This document shows, piece by piece, positions 25,982 through 37,900 of a stretch of 64,000 bases of DNA. Location of the stretch: NCBI RefSeq assembly GCF_964204645.1, contig NC_134036.1, positions 682,001 to 746,000 on the forward strand. The letters are read 5' to 3'. Source of the stretch: Tubulanus polymorphus (lineage: Eukaryota; Animalia; Nemertea). The first letter of the stretch is position 1. Every line of letters starts with the position of its first letter. The position numbers were made by a program, and so were the translations under genes. Below the pieces are notes generated by a model. That model searched no databases. It was not told where the DNA came from and was given only the letters and a program-made list of their open reading frames with translations.

Positions 25982-28900
25982 ACTGGGTAATCTACTGTTC
26001 AATAAACCATGCAATGTTTACTACTATAAGCCTGACGAGAGGAATGTTCATCGCTAGATAGAGATTTCGAAATGAACAGCAACGCGACTAAATATCAACG
26101 ATAAACCAACGCATTTCTATTTTCACTGATTGAGAGACACGGTGAAATTTACGGCGATCAACTGGAATTTTCAAATTGTGCGAATGAGGAAAAGATTCAA
26201 ACTCTAGACGATTTTGTGAATTAGGATGTTTCTAAACACAGCACACTCAAAGGGGGAGGTCAGCTCAAACGACCCCTCAAATTCCAGAACAAAGAAAAAG
26301 GGGACTCTCAAAAAAGAAGAAAATCAGTGAAAACACACTTTCGGGTGCCGGGCGTCGCGCGCCACGTCTGGCGCCGCCATAAACCATGTGCCTACCTGGT
26401 ACTTCTGTTGCCATGACGATACGAAGAAGACACACAATGACGACGTTGATTGTTGGAGAAGTCGAATGAAAAGAGTTGGAAGAATGAACGAGATTTAACG
26501 ACGAAATAATCGCGAAGAGGTAGAAATATTTCTGACAGAAAGTTTATAAACGACTCGAGGTCGACTCGATGGAGGCAAATGAGATCGGGGTATTCTTAGT
26601 TTTTCATATTCTTAACCCTTTCAGTGCGTCTACACCACAGTGCGGTGTATCAATCGGTGATGGATTTTGCTAGTACACTGCACTGCGGTGTATTGATGTT
26701 ACTAGTTTTTATCTCTATGGAAAGATGGCAGCACCTGTCAAACATAGTGAAATACTAGTAACTAATGATACACCGCGCCGCGGTGTAGACACATTATAGT
26801 GCTATTCCCGTTATTCAACACACTAGGGCGGAATTTTTCAGAATTTTCAAATTATCTCCAGCACTATAGGGTATTGATTAGTCAGCACTGAAAGGGTTAA
26901 ATGAACTTGTGATTCAGAAATCTGTTTGTCAAAACTGTGCCTAGGAGTTTCAGTTCTTTTGATTTCACTCAGCCATGGTCACATGAGGAATGAATATAAT
27001 GAATAATCCGAAAGTAATAGTTCAGGGTCTGTAGTTGCTGATAAGTTGGTCAGAGTTAACCAGTGGATAAATACCATAGTGACAATTAGAATTGCATTGT
27101 CACCATGGTATTCTATCCACAGGTTAACTCTGACCAATTCTTCAGCAACTGCAGACCCTGATGAATAAACTTTGAAATATCATCTACGTAGGATTATTCA
27201 TTATAAAGGACCAAGTTTTGATATTGTTTCTTCAGTTTCTGAAGAAATAAGGATTTCCACAATTCTAGTTTTTATGCCTAAATTACGTAGAATCCCAGTT
27301 GCCACCAGGAGTCCAAATTAGTTACTAATTAATGATATTAATATTTAATTAATTAAATCATCAGTAATAAATATACTTTTTATATAATATTCAATTACAA
27401 ATTAAACTAATTACTAACTAACTACAAGGTTCTTCAGTTATATGGACTACAAATCAACTACGGACGCACGTAACTACGGCAGGCGGCAAACAGGAGTTCG
27501 GTGCAGCAGACGCCGCACTGACCTCAGCAGACGACAAACTGACCAGATCAATAAAACTATCACATGCTATCTATATAATATATATCTAAATGATAATAGT
27601 TGATAAGACTAATCATTCTGTACAATCAGAAACGCATGCCCAGCAAAAAATCAAGTCGAAATATACAATGGATCCTTCGTGGAAAGTAGTCTGGGCGAAA
27701 ATCCTTAACGCTCCATTGGATTCATCCCGCAGAAGGTACTGTTTATAAGTTAAACATATACACGCCTCTGGATTCTGATCTGTACCGCTATAATTGTGGT
27801 ACAAAATCTTCATAACTAGTACAATATCGGAAATGGACTACTTCACGCAAATTAAAATTTCCTAAAACTATTCCAGCAGAATTCTTCCGTTGAATCAGGT
27901 ATTTCTATTCGAACCGTTCTCTTGGGATCGGACGGAGTTAGGAGATGGGAGAGAGAAGGTTAACTGAATACGTGTAAAGCTTAATGATTTAAAACTAAAA
28001 GGCGAATGAATTCGAGATTGAGGAAAAATGAAATAAACAGCAAGCGCTCAACTTGTCAGAGAGCAACAACTTTATAACTTCGAAAATAAAATACAGTAGA
28101 TAAAAGTTTACACAAGTAAAACAACCAACTGAGCAGCAAGTTTACGATGAACACCTAAAAATCTTGACGATCAAAAAGACATTCTCGATGCACGTAATTC
28201 AATGATAATGGAGGAAAAAATTAGATTTGTGTTTGAAGGATGTTTTGATATGAAGAGGTAGATATAAACACTACCTCTTAGGACGTAACATAAAGGAGGT
28301 AAATAAAATCTCTCGGGATATCAGAGAGGTCAGTAACTACCACCTTCTGGGTAGCACATAGGTCGGTAAGCGCCTCCTCAGCGTAATAAGATCACGGAGG
28401 TTACTTCAATGCCAGAACCATCAAAGAACCAAGAGGTTCTTTTCGATAACTAGGTCTCAGTGAGTTAACATCATTTTATAGAAATACCAAATTTTTCGTA
28501 AAATGTCGATGGACGAATTCACAGTTTTGGACAGAGCTTTGCTCAGTAATGTGGAGACATGTTGTGGGGAAACCGTACATGAACACATACATTTAACAAG
28601 ACAAACAAACATGAACAAACAATGATAAACAAACAATTAACATTCATCGAATTCTTCACAGATTCCATTCACAAGAAAAATCATCATTTTCATTTGTTCA
28701 AATTCTCGTTCTAACTATATCTGACATCAGTCGTACACTTTTAACAAGTAATCTATATCATCCAAACCGACTCAGTATTCTAAACCATGCTTCCAGGCAG
28801 GGGGCGCTTCAGAGAAGCACAGCCACCGTGTCGAGGGGGAACTATAGAGGGAGCCACTCGCATACGATTTATGATGCCAAACACATTTATACTCGACACA

Positions 28901-31900
28901 CGCACATATTCAACATGTTCACTGCATTAGCAAAAACAAAATGGAGGAATGACTCTAATATGTCCTCCCTTTCTTTCCATCCTTCAAACCTGATGGCACC
29001 ACAACACTCTGCCTGATTAGCCCAAATGCACAACTATTTACACACTTGGCCATGAAGTCATTTATAAGCCAATCAGAAACCTAGTTTTATTTTAGCCTCG
29101 GCAAATATACAATAGGCAATCCGATTGGCTAATGATGATCTGATTGAACCCACATGTTCTACCAGCGCACACTCGGGCTAATCAGGCAGAATTTTGTGCC
29201 GTTGCAAAATCTTGCTCACACCACCAGGTTTGAATCGCAGCTGAAGGAGGATGTGTCCAGATCTCGGACGAACTAAAGCTTGCAGTGAACATGTATTCAA
29301 AGCATCATTTCAATCAATGTCTTCTTCATTGGTTTTTCATTAGAAATAATTTTTGATTTAACGTCGAAAGTATTAAATTCTGGGAAGATTAAATCGTTAC
29401 CTGAGATGTGACCATTTGGTAGTCGAGGCGGTTGCCAGTTGATCATTATATCGGTTTCTCTGCCTTCAACGGCAACGGTCGTCAAGTCTCTCGGTGATGA
29501 AAACGGAGCTGAAAGTTCAAACATTTCAACGGTTTTTATTGTGTGTTGATATTCATAATCTAAAACTGGAACCTGAATATATATCATCCTACAACATCAT
29601 CTCGAAAAATTAATCTTTTTGCAATCATAACAACTGGACCCAGTTCCAGGGGCTGCAGTTGCTGAAAAGTTGGACAAAGATAACCAGTTGATAAATACCA
29701 TAGTAACAATGAAGTTTTAATTGTCACTATGTCAACTATCCACTGATTAACTCTAACCGACTTTGACCAACTGCAGCTGACCCAGAGAAGAATTAAGTTC
29801 TAACTAACTCCATTGCGTCTCTGGATCTGGGTCAACGTTCCCAATATTCATATCTCACCTGCTTCGAACGTCTTGTTCACCGTACTCATACTCCAAGTGC
29901 TATGGCGACGACCTTTGATGACCTTGACTGCGAACTCGTACCTCGTATTGGCCTTCAGTTCGTCGATATGAGCGTTCAAATCGGTAGAGTTCATGTAGCG
30001 GAATTTCTTCGAGTCGATCGGACTGTAACGGATCGTGTAGTAACGGTGATCGGTGATGTGTTGATTGTTGCCGAGCGTCGTATCCGACCACGTGACCACG
30101 ATTGTCGTCGGGGACAACACGATCGCGCGTACGCCGATAGGTGGCAGCATCGGTGTTTGAGGTTCGGGGGCTGAAATCACGAATAAGATTTTGTATTGAG
30201 GATATAAAGGCTCACCATTGCGGACTCGGATATGCGAAAAATAAGGATAAACTTACTGGACTCTTCACGGGTGATGACTGTTTCATAAATCGGGCGTCCA
30301 TTTCCTTTCTCGTTGTAAGCCTGAAGTCTTATTACGTACTCAGTGGCTGATTCTTAAAATACAGAGAAAATGGTAAACATTTATGAAGCCCAAAATCAGG
30401 TCAGCTATTTGGTTTCCATATAGATGAGTGATTGTTTATTTGCATAAAAAGAAAAACCCACGATCAAAAGAAAACTTAATATAAAACTTTCCAAGTTTCA
30501 AATTCAAAGTTTCATCTCAATTGCGATGAGCCATTTTTGAAAGTTTTCTGGTTCTTAATAAGAAAATAACTTTCAGTTTATCTCTCAATTGTGGAATATT
30601 TCATCCTATGAGAATAACTCTGATTTCGTAACTTACTCAGGTTTTTGATGGTGAAGTATCGTTTATCGGAGTCTAACAACTGAACGTATCCGTCCGGATG
30701 TCCGATACCGTAACCGAGCTCGTAACCACGGACGATCAGTTCATCGTTCTGAGGCGGCGTCCAACTGACAACAATTGAATTCGTGTACGGCCGTACGCGT
30801 AGAGAACTCGGTTGCCCCGGGACACGCGATTCTGTAAGTTGTAGAATTAAAGTTAGAATACAATTCTATGATATTGATATATCAATCCAATGAGTTATAT
30901 GATATAGATATATCAACCCAATGCAGTCTATGATATTGATATATCAATCCACAGTGCCTGCCATATTGATATATCAATCCAGGAGCCCAATGATATTGAT
31001 ATATCAATCTACATACCATCTCTATCAGTCGGGAAGGTTACAGATTGCACCCATTCCGTAGCTGGTCCACTTCCATTCACTGTCATCGCGAACAGTCGCA
31101 CGTTGTACTTTGTGTTTTTACGTAAATCTGAAAATAACAACATTTCAACTAAATTCCAAAAATCATCGTCCGGAAAGTACAGATTTTAATCAAAATGTTG
31201 CAGATAAATCATAACCTTTTTCTGACTCTTTTTTCTGTCAAAGAGTGCGATTCTATTCTATGGGTCTTACATTATTGGATAGGGATTCTATACTATGGGT
31301 CTTACATTATTGGATAGGGATTCTATTCTATGGGTCTTACATTATTGGATAGGGATTCTATACTATGGGTCTTACATTATTGGATAGGGATTCTATTCTA
31401 TGGGTCTTACATTATTGGATAGGGATTCTATACTATGGGTCTTACATTATTGGATAGGGATTCTATTCTATGGGTCTTACATTATTGGAGTGTGATTCTA
31501 TACTATGGGTCTTACATTCCTAGATTGAGTGTGTCATCAATGATTAAGTAAGGTAGAGTGTATAGAACAGAGAGCTGTGTGAACACACTTACCGGTCAGT
31601 GCATACATTCTCCTGTATCCGTCTGTAGTAACAGTATAAACATGACGACTGCTCAGTTTCTTATAGCGAATTTTATACCCGGTGATCAGACCATTTCGTT
31701 CCTCTTTCGGAGGCGGCTCCCAACGTACGATTATCGTCTAGAAATAGATTTTACATTCGATTAATTTAAAATCTACATCGTTATGATGTAAAGTAGACTT
31801 GATTTCCGAGACTTACCGTCGCGCTGGTCGGAATAAGGGTCACATTCTGTGGTGGTTTACCGGGTCCTGAAAGACAATGATTACAGAGTTTTATCGAGAA

Positions 31901-34900
31901 ATTCAGACCCTTGGATCCAGTTCCACAGTTATCAACTAAATTCAAAACTTAAGCGCCAAGTTTTTGTATATTTTCAATTAGTAAGCTCTGGAGTCTCTCA
32001 GAACTATTGGACTGGGTGCTGACACTCAAGATTCAGTTCTACAATTCTGGTTAAGTCTCCTCCTAAGAGTTTTGAAGTTTGCATTTTTTTAACCCTAGAA
32101 TATAATTCTTAACTCAGAACTGTGGAACTGAGACCCAGGGGCCAGTTGCATAGTCATGGCTTAAACTTACGACCAGTCTAAGACCAACTTAGTTCTATAG
32201 CCAATCTAGCAACTTAAGACCAGTCTAAGATTCAAGACCACTTTTGGACTTAAGTCACAACTGAGGAACCGAGACCCAGGGGCTGGTTCCTCAGTTGAGA
32301 CTTAAGTCCAAAAATTGTCTTTATTTTTAAGACTGGTCTTAAGTTAAAGATTTTAGATTGGTTATAGAACTAAGTTGGTCTTAAATTGGACTTAAGTCTA
32401 AGCCATGACTATGCAACTGGGCCCTGAGTTCTAAGTTAAGTTAGATTCTTAGGCCCAGTTCCATAATCATGGCTTAGACTTAAGACCAATTTACGACCAC
32501 CTTCGTTCTATAACCTAACAAATTAAGACAAGTCTAAAGGTTTAAGGCCATTTTTGGACTTAAGTCTCAACTGAGGAACCAACCCTTAGAGTTCGTCATT
32601 TTCAATGTTAGAATAGACAACAGTTTATAACTCACGATCGGAGAACGTTCTCGTTCTGAATTCATCCGTACTGATTCCTCGTCCGTTGACGTTATACGCA
32701 ACAATGCGTACGCGATACTCCGTGTACGGTTCCAGCATATCCAGCCGATACCCGTCGCCGGTGACGTCGACGAATTTCTCCACGTTGTCGCCGACGGTGT
32801 AGTAATACAACGTGTAACGAGATATATCGCCGTTCGGACGCTCGGGTTTTTCCCAGTTGACTTGAATCGCTCTCGGTCCGAGCACGTGCAGTCGTACGTT
32901 ATTCACCGGTCCCGGTACGTGAACTGTTCATAGAGAAAACAACAACAAACATCGTTGAGTTACAATTCATAAAGAGTTCGTTTAATAGTTTAATTAGTTA
33001 GTTCCCTGCCTTGTGGAATCGATCAAAGTTAACCGAGTCTATGCTTCATCTTTTAAACAATTTGGCAAAATAGTTCCACGAATTCAGGACAAGGAATTTG
33101 CTCCGAGACTGTAGCACGCCGCTAGAAGGGGCTGGGCAAATTTTGTGAGCTGGAGGGGCCGGGCCAAGGTCTTTATTTACACAATTTCTGTAATTCAAAA
33201 TTAACAATTTGAGAAAGGCCTTGAAACCCGACTTTAACCTGGTTCTAAATTACAAACTGATATTTGACAGTTTGAAGTGACAGTGTTAGACACAGTAGAT
33301 ATAGATGTATATAGTATAGTATATAGGTGAAGACCATGCTTCCTGTTATATACCGAGTACAATACACGTATATATATACATCAAATATGATGTTGCCATG
33401 CAACCAACAATTCGTACAGTTAATTTACCTTCCGCTTTCGTATTCAATTTGATGGTAGCGAACTGCGGACTCGGACCTTCTCGATTGTAAGCGAGAACGC
33501 GGAATTCGTATTCCGTTAATGGTTTCAAGTGTTGAACGTTCGCTTCGGTTTTCGTCGTGTTCATCACCCGCTCACTAAAACATATCAATTTAATTCAATT
33601 AGCATTTATTGGCGGAACCTCCAAAATCAATAGGATTCTTTCCTACATGATTCTACAATAGTATCCTAAAATTCCATCCACTGGTTCAGCTGGCATGTTG
33701 TACACAAGGATGTTCGCTTAAAAAGCTATTTCAAATGACAAAGATGGCTGCCATTCGGCCATCTTGAAAGGTGGAGCCTCCAAAATCAATAGGATCCTTT
33801 TTATATGATTCTACAAAATATCCTAAAATTTCAGAAGATTCCATCCACTGGTTCAGCCGGAGGGATGTCCGGACAGACGGATGGTCAGTCAGATTGAACA
33901 AAGATAGCTGCAAAGCAGCCATGTTGGAAGGTGAAATCCCCAAAATCAAAAGGATTCCATAAAATTTCATGAGATTCAATCCACAGGTATCAAGGCGCAC
34001 AAGAAAGTGTGATAGCTGCATGGAGAGCTGGAAAGATGGTCGACTAGTCGCACCTCAGCACCTCAGTTTTATTGTTTGAAGTTTAAAACTTACCGATTGG
34101 ATCCGAGTTCCTTCCAATAAACGGAGTACGCAACGATTTCCGAATTTCCCGTCACTTCCGGCATTTTCCACGACAACGTGATGAACCGCGTGGAGATAAT
34201 CGCCGGCGTCAGATCGAGAGGTTTACTGGGCAACGTTTCCGACATCACAGACGCCGAACCTGCGGAATTCACATCAACTCCGTGATTACCACCGGAGGGA
34301 GCTTCGGTAGGCGGGGGTGCTATAGCAACGACAACAATGACCACAACGACGACGACGGATGATGCAAGCGAAGGAGGAAGAAAACGTTTTAAAAAAAGAA
34401 AATATCGAAAAAACTAAATTAAACATGTGCGGATATTAAATAGTCTTTTTAGTATATACCGTTCAGATATTCAGATCTTGTCTGAATTTGAATAAGAACT
34501 ATTTGCTCGGTAAATCAAAGGCTTGCTTAGCTCGTTTAACTTTTTGAAACTGACCAGTTGCTCAAAAGTTGGTAGAAGATAACCGGCCGTTAAATACCAT
34601 AGTAACAATGCAATTTCAATTGTCACCATATCAACTATCCACTGGTTAACTCTTTTAACTTTTGAGCAACCGGCCCCTGGGCCCAGTTTTATAGACTGGT
34701 ATTAACTTGAATCAGGGGTTAATTCAATTCATTTTCAATTGAGTTAGACCCCGGGTTAAATGAGAAATATCTGCATGAATTATTATTATTCAATACTAAG
34801 AAGACAATATTTCAACTAATGGTGTTGAGTGGTAGTTACTACTGGAAAGTATCACTAGAGTGGATAATCTCAATGTTTATTAAGGAATCAGTTGCTGAAA

Positions 34901-37900
34901 AGTTGGTTTTATGTTGACAATTAAATACAGTGGAAGCAATGCATATTTTGTGGTCACTATGTCAGTTACATCCACTAGTTAGATCTAACAAACCTTTGAA
35001 CAACTGCACCATAAAAATAGCAGCTTAATTACATTAAACTCAATATCAATTTATGAAATTTATCGATATTTTATCATCTATCAATTAGTGATTTGAGTAA
35101 ATTTATCAAATTTGCGATGACTAGAAATTATGCAAGCAAAAATGTTTATCAGCTAGAAATAGAAAAGAAAATTCTGTTATCATTCAAATAAAATTAGAAT
35201 CTTTATAACCAGGAGCAAAAAATGCAGATAAAAGGAAGCTTCGTCCATTAAACTATGATTTAATTAAATCAAAATAAAATGAAATAATTGAAATACAGAT
35301 AATGCTCACAAGACAAAGCAGTGGGGACTGAGAGGGAGGATGACATACAGGGAGGGGGTTACATGCTCAGGAGTAGAGGGGCTAACATTCTATTTATTAG
35401 TTCAATCCATGTTCATCATGATTATTATAATTCAAGTTTTAATCATTCATTCGTACAATATTCAGTTTGTTATCATTTACTTAAAATATATCATCAATAA
35501 TAGCAATGTGCGTTTATATGAAACCCAGTTAGAAGATCTATTTCAGATAGGTCACGTTCAGAATCAATATCCAAACAATATCAAACGCACTGACTAGAAT
35601 TAGCTGAGGAGAATGAGCTGGAACCAAGCCCAAGTATGAACCTATCTTCCCTAGACAGGGAAACCGAAGGATGGTACAATTTGACCATATGGAAACTCTT
35701 TTTCTTAGATGACACATTACAGGGTTTTGAAACTGAGACCGCCTCAGCAAAAACCTAATGCAGGGTTTTGAACTTGATGGCATCATCAGAATGCCACAAT
35801 ATATGAAAGCCTAGCATTTTAGACCAGGTCCAGATCTGTCCTACCCTTGTCCTAGTAAACACAGGGTTTTGTACCTGATGGCACCATGACACTGCCACAG
35901 TATATGAAAGCATTGTAGACCAGGCCCAGAGCTATCTGTGCTAAGTGACAAGACACCCTATCCTTAAAATCATTCTGCTATCTAGGTTTCAGTATTAGTA
36001 ACAATCCACAGAATCCACAGTTCCACAGTTATGAGTTCACCCAGCAGTTTACCATATGTTATTCACAAATATCTACAGATTACAGCGCCATCTTCAGTGA
36101 CTTACGAGTCGAAATTCACTGCATTTTCAATACGATAAGACCGGGTGAAGTCACAACTGCGGAACTGGATCCAGATTTAAAGTCTTGCACACACACGAGT
36201 GATCTAGCGAACATACCTGTCTGTATAATAATGAGTTGAGCACTGGCTTGTATATTACCCACTTCGTTACTAGCCATACACTGATAGATCCCGTCGTCCG
36301 ATCGAACCAGTCCGAGAATTCTCAAATGTTTACCGTCGACGATTTGAAAATAATCGTTCGGAATAATCTGATCTCCGTTTTTCATCCAGATCACGGTCGG
36401 AGTCGGAAAACCTTTCACCTCGCATTCGAACAGGATGTCTTCGTTTATTCGAGCCGTACGACTTTTAGGCTTTTTCGAAAAAACGGGTTTCACTAAAATT
36501 GGAAGAAGGAAAGATTAGAGTTTTTTTTATCTCAAAATAGTTTTTATTCAGTACACTGCCCTCAAGTCGGATCCATTGAACTCTAAAACTCTGATATTCA
36601 AAGATTAGAGTTTTTCATCTGAAAATAGTTCTTATAAAGTAGACTGCACTCGAGTTGGATCCATTTAACTCTGAAAATAGTTTTTACACAGTAAACTGTA
36701 ATAAGATAAAAACCCGCTATCTACAGATTAAAAGAATTTAAAAACAAGAATTCATTTATTCAATCTGAAATATCTAATACACGACGTTTCGATCTCACCC
36801 TAGAGATCATCATCAGGTTTGAGTGTGGTTATCGTTCTGTGCTCAAGTCGGATCCATTGAGTTCAAGAGATAACCGTTTAACATTGATATTTGTTGATAC
36901 AATTTTTTCATGAAATGCTCTAATGTCTAATTCTTTTAAAGACCACTTCGAGTTCTGGACCCAGTTCCACAGTTGTGAGTTAGAGTTAACTGTGAACTCA
37001 GGATCCAGTTCCACAGTTGTGAGCTGAGAGTTAACTCTGAACTCAGGATCCAGTTCCACAGTTGTAAGTTAGAGTTAACTCTGAGTTAAAATCAGTTCAT
37101 TTTCAATGAGTGAACTCCGAGTCAAATCTTAACTCAGAACTGTGGAACTGGATCCAGGATGTTATTTAAAGAGGTAACTGTTTCACAAATTCTGTCCTAA
37201 AAGATACAACTTAAGCAAATTCTATTGCGTAGATAGCCACATTGGTTAAGTTGATCTAATGGGTCAAATTTGCTTGAGTTTAGGATAATCTTACCAATGG
37301 CTGCTGCAGATTACAGCGCCATCTTCAGCGACTTATCAGAATTGGAAAAAACAACTAAAGGAAATGAATAACAAGGATTACAGTGCCACCTGGTGACGAA
37401 TGAATGAACTTACTATGTACGGAGAGAATCGCGCTGGCGTCGACGGATTCTTCCAGATTCGTCGCTCGACACATGTACGATCCGGCGTCGGCCATTTTAA
37501 CCGCTTCTATTTTCAAACTTCCAGTTCCGCGTATTGTATAACGAGTGTCTAAATGTCTGAAATTTAAAAATTTAAAAATTTTTCAGTTAAACCGCTGCTG
37601 GCATTAGACTAATGGAAATAAAGACGAATCTATTTCAGGGTAAAATTACCGGGCATAAATTTTCAAATTGACTTCAGAACAGTGACTAAATGTTTGAAAT
37701 ATTGCAATTCTAAAATGCAACTGCTGGCATAAGACTAAGGGGGATATAGATCTGATGTAGACCCATCTATCTCTGGGTACAATAGAGAACCAGGACTGAG
37801 TCAAGGCTCATAAATATTAAGACTTCTTAAATTTTCAGATTGACTACAGAACAGTGGGATTAGTCTTAAAGTGGTCGGAAAATTGCTAGATTCACTACAG

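Noticed and set aside
26031-26075. Second hammerhead-like CTGACGA...GAAA
   Set aside because: Weak stem II and no stem III or cleavage triplet.
27611-27813. Short ORFs in the FN6 intron, one with WKVVWAKIL reminiscent of LINE C-termini
   Set aside because: Too short, no splice-compatible frame or RT motifs; needs a tBLASTn/HMM hit.
28488-28541. Cassette exon after the UG-rich AG-free tract at 28544-28653
   Set aside because: The AAG acceptor gives 49 nt (frameshift, and TGA if joined to the other candidate exons); the GAG acceptor gives an in-frame stop.
30216-30256. Alternative donor ATG|GTGAGC producing a long FN4-FN5 linker
   Set aside because: Adds 41 nt (frameshift) and leaves a 45-nt intron.
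30867-31010. CRISPR array
   Set aside because: Eukaryotic intron, spacers only 8-9 nt and partly related, no cas genes.
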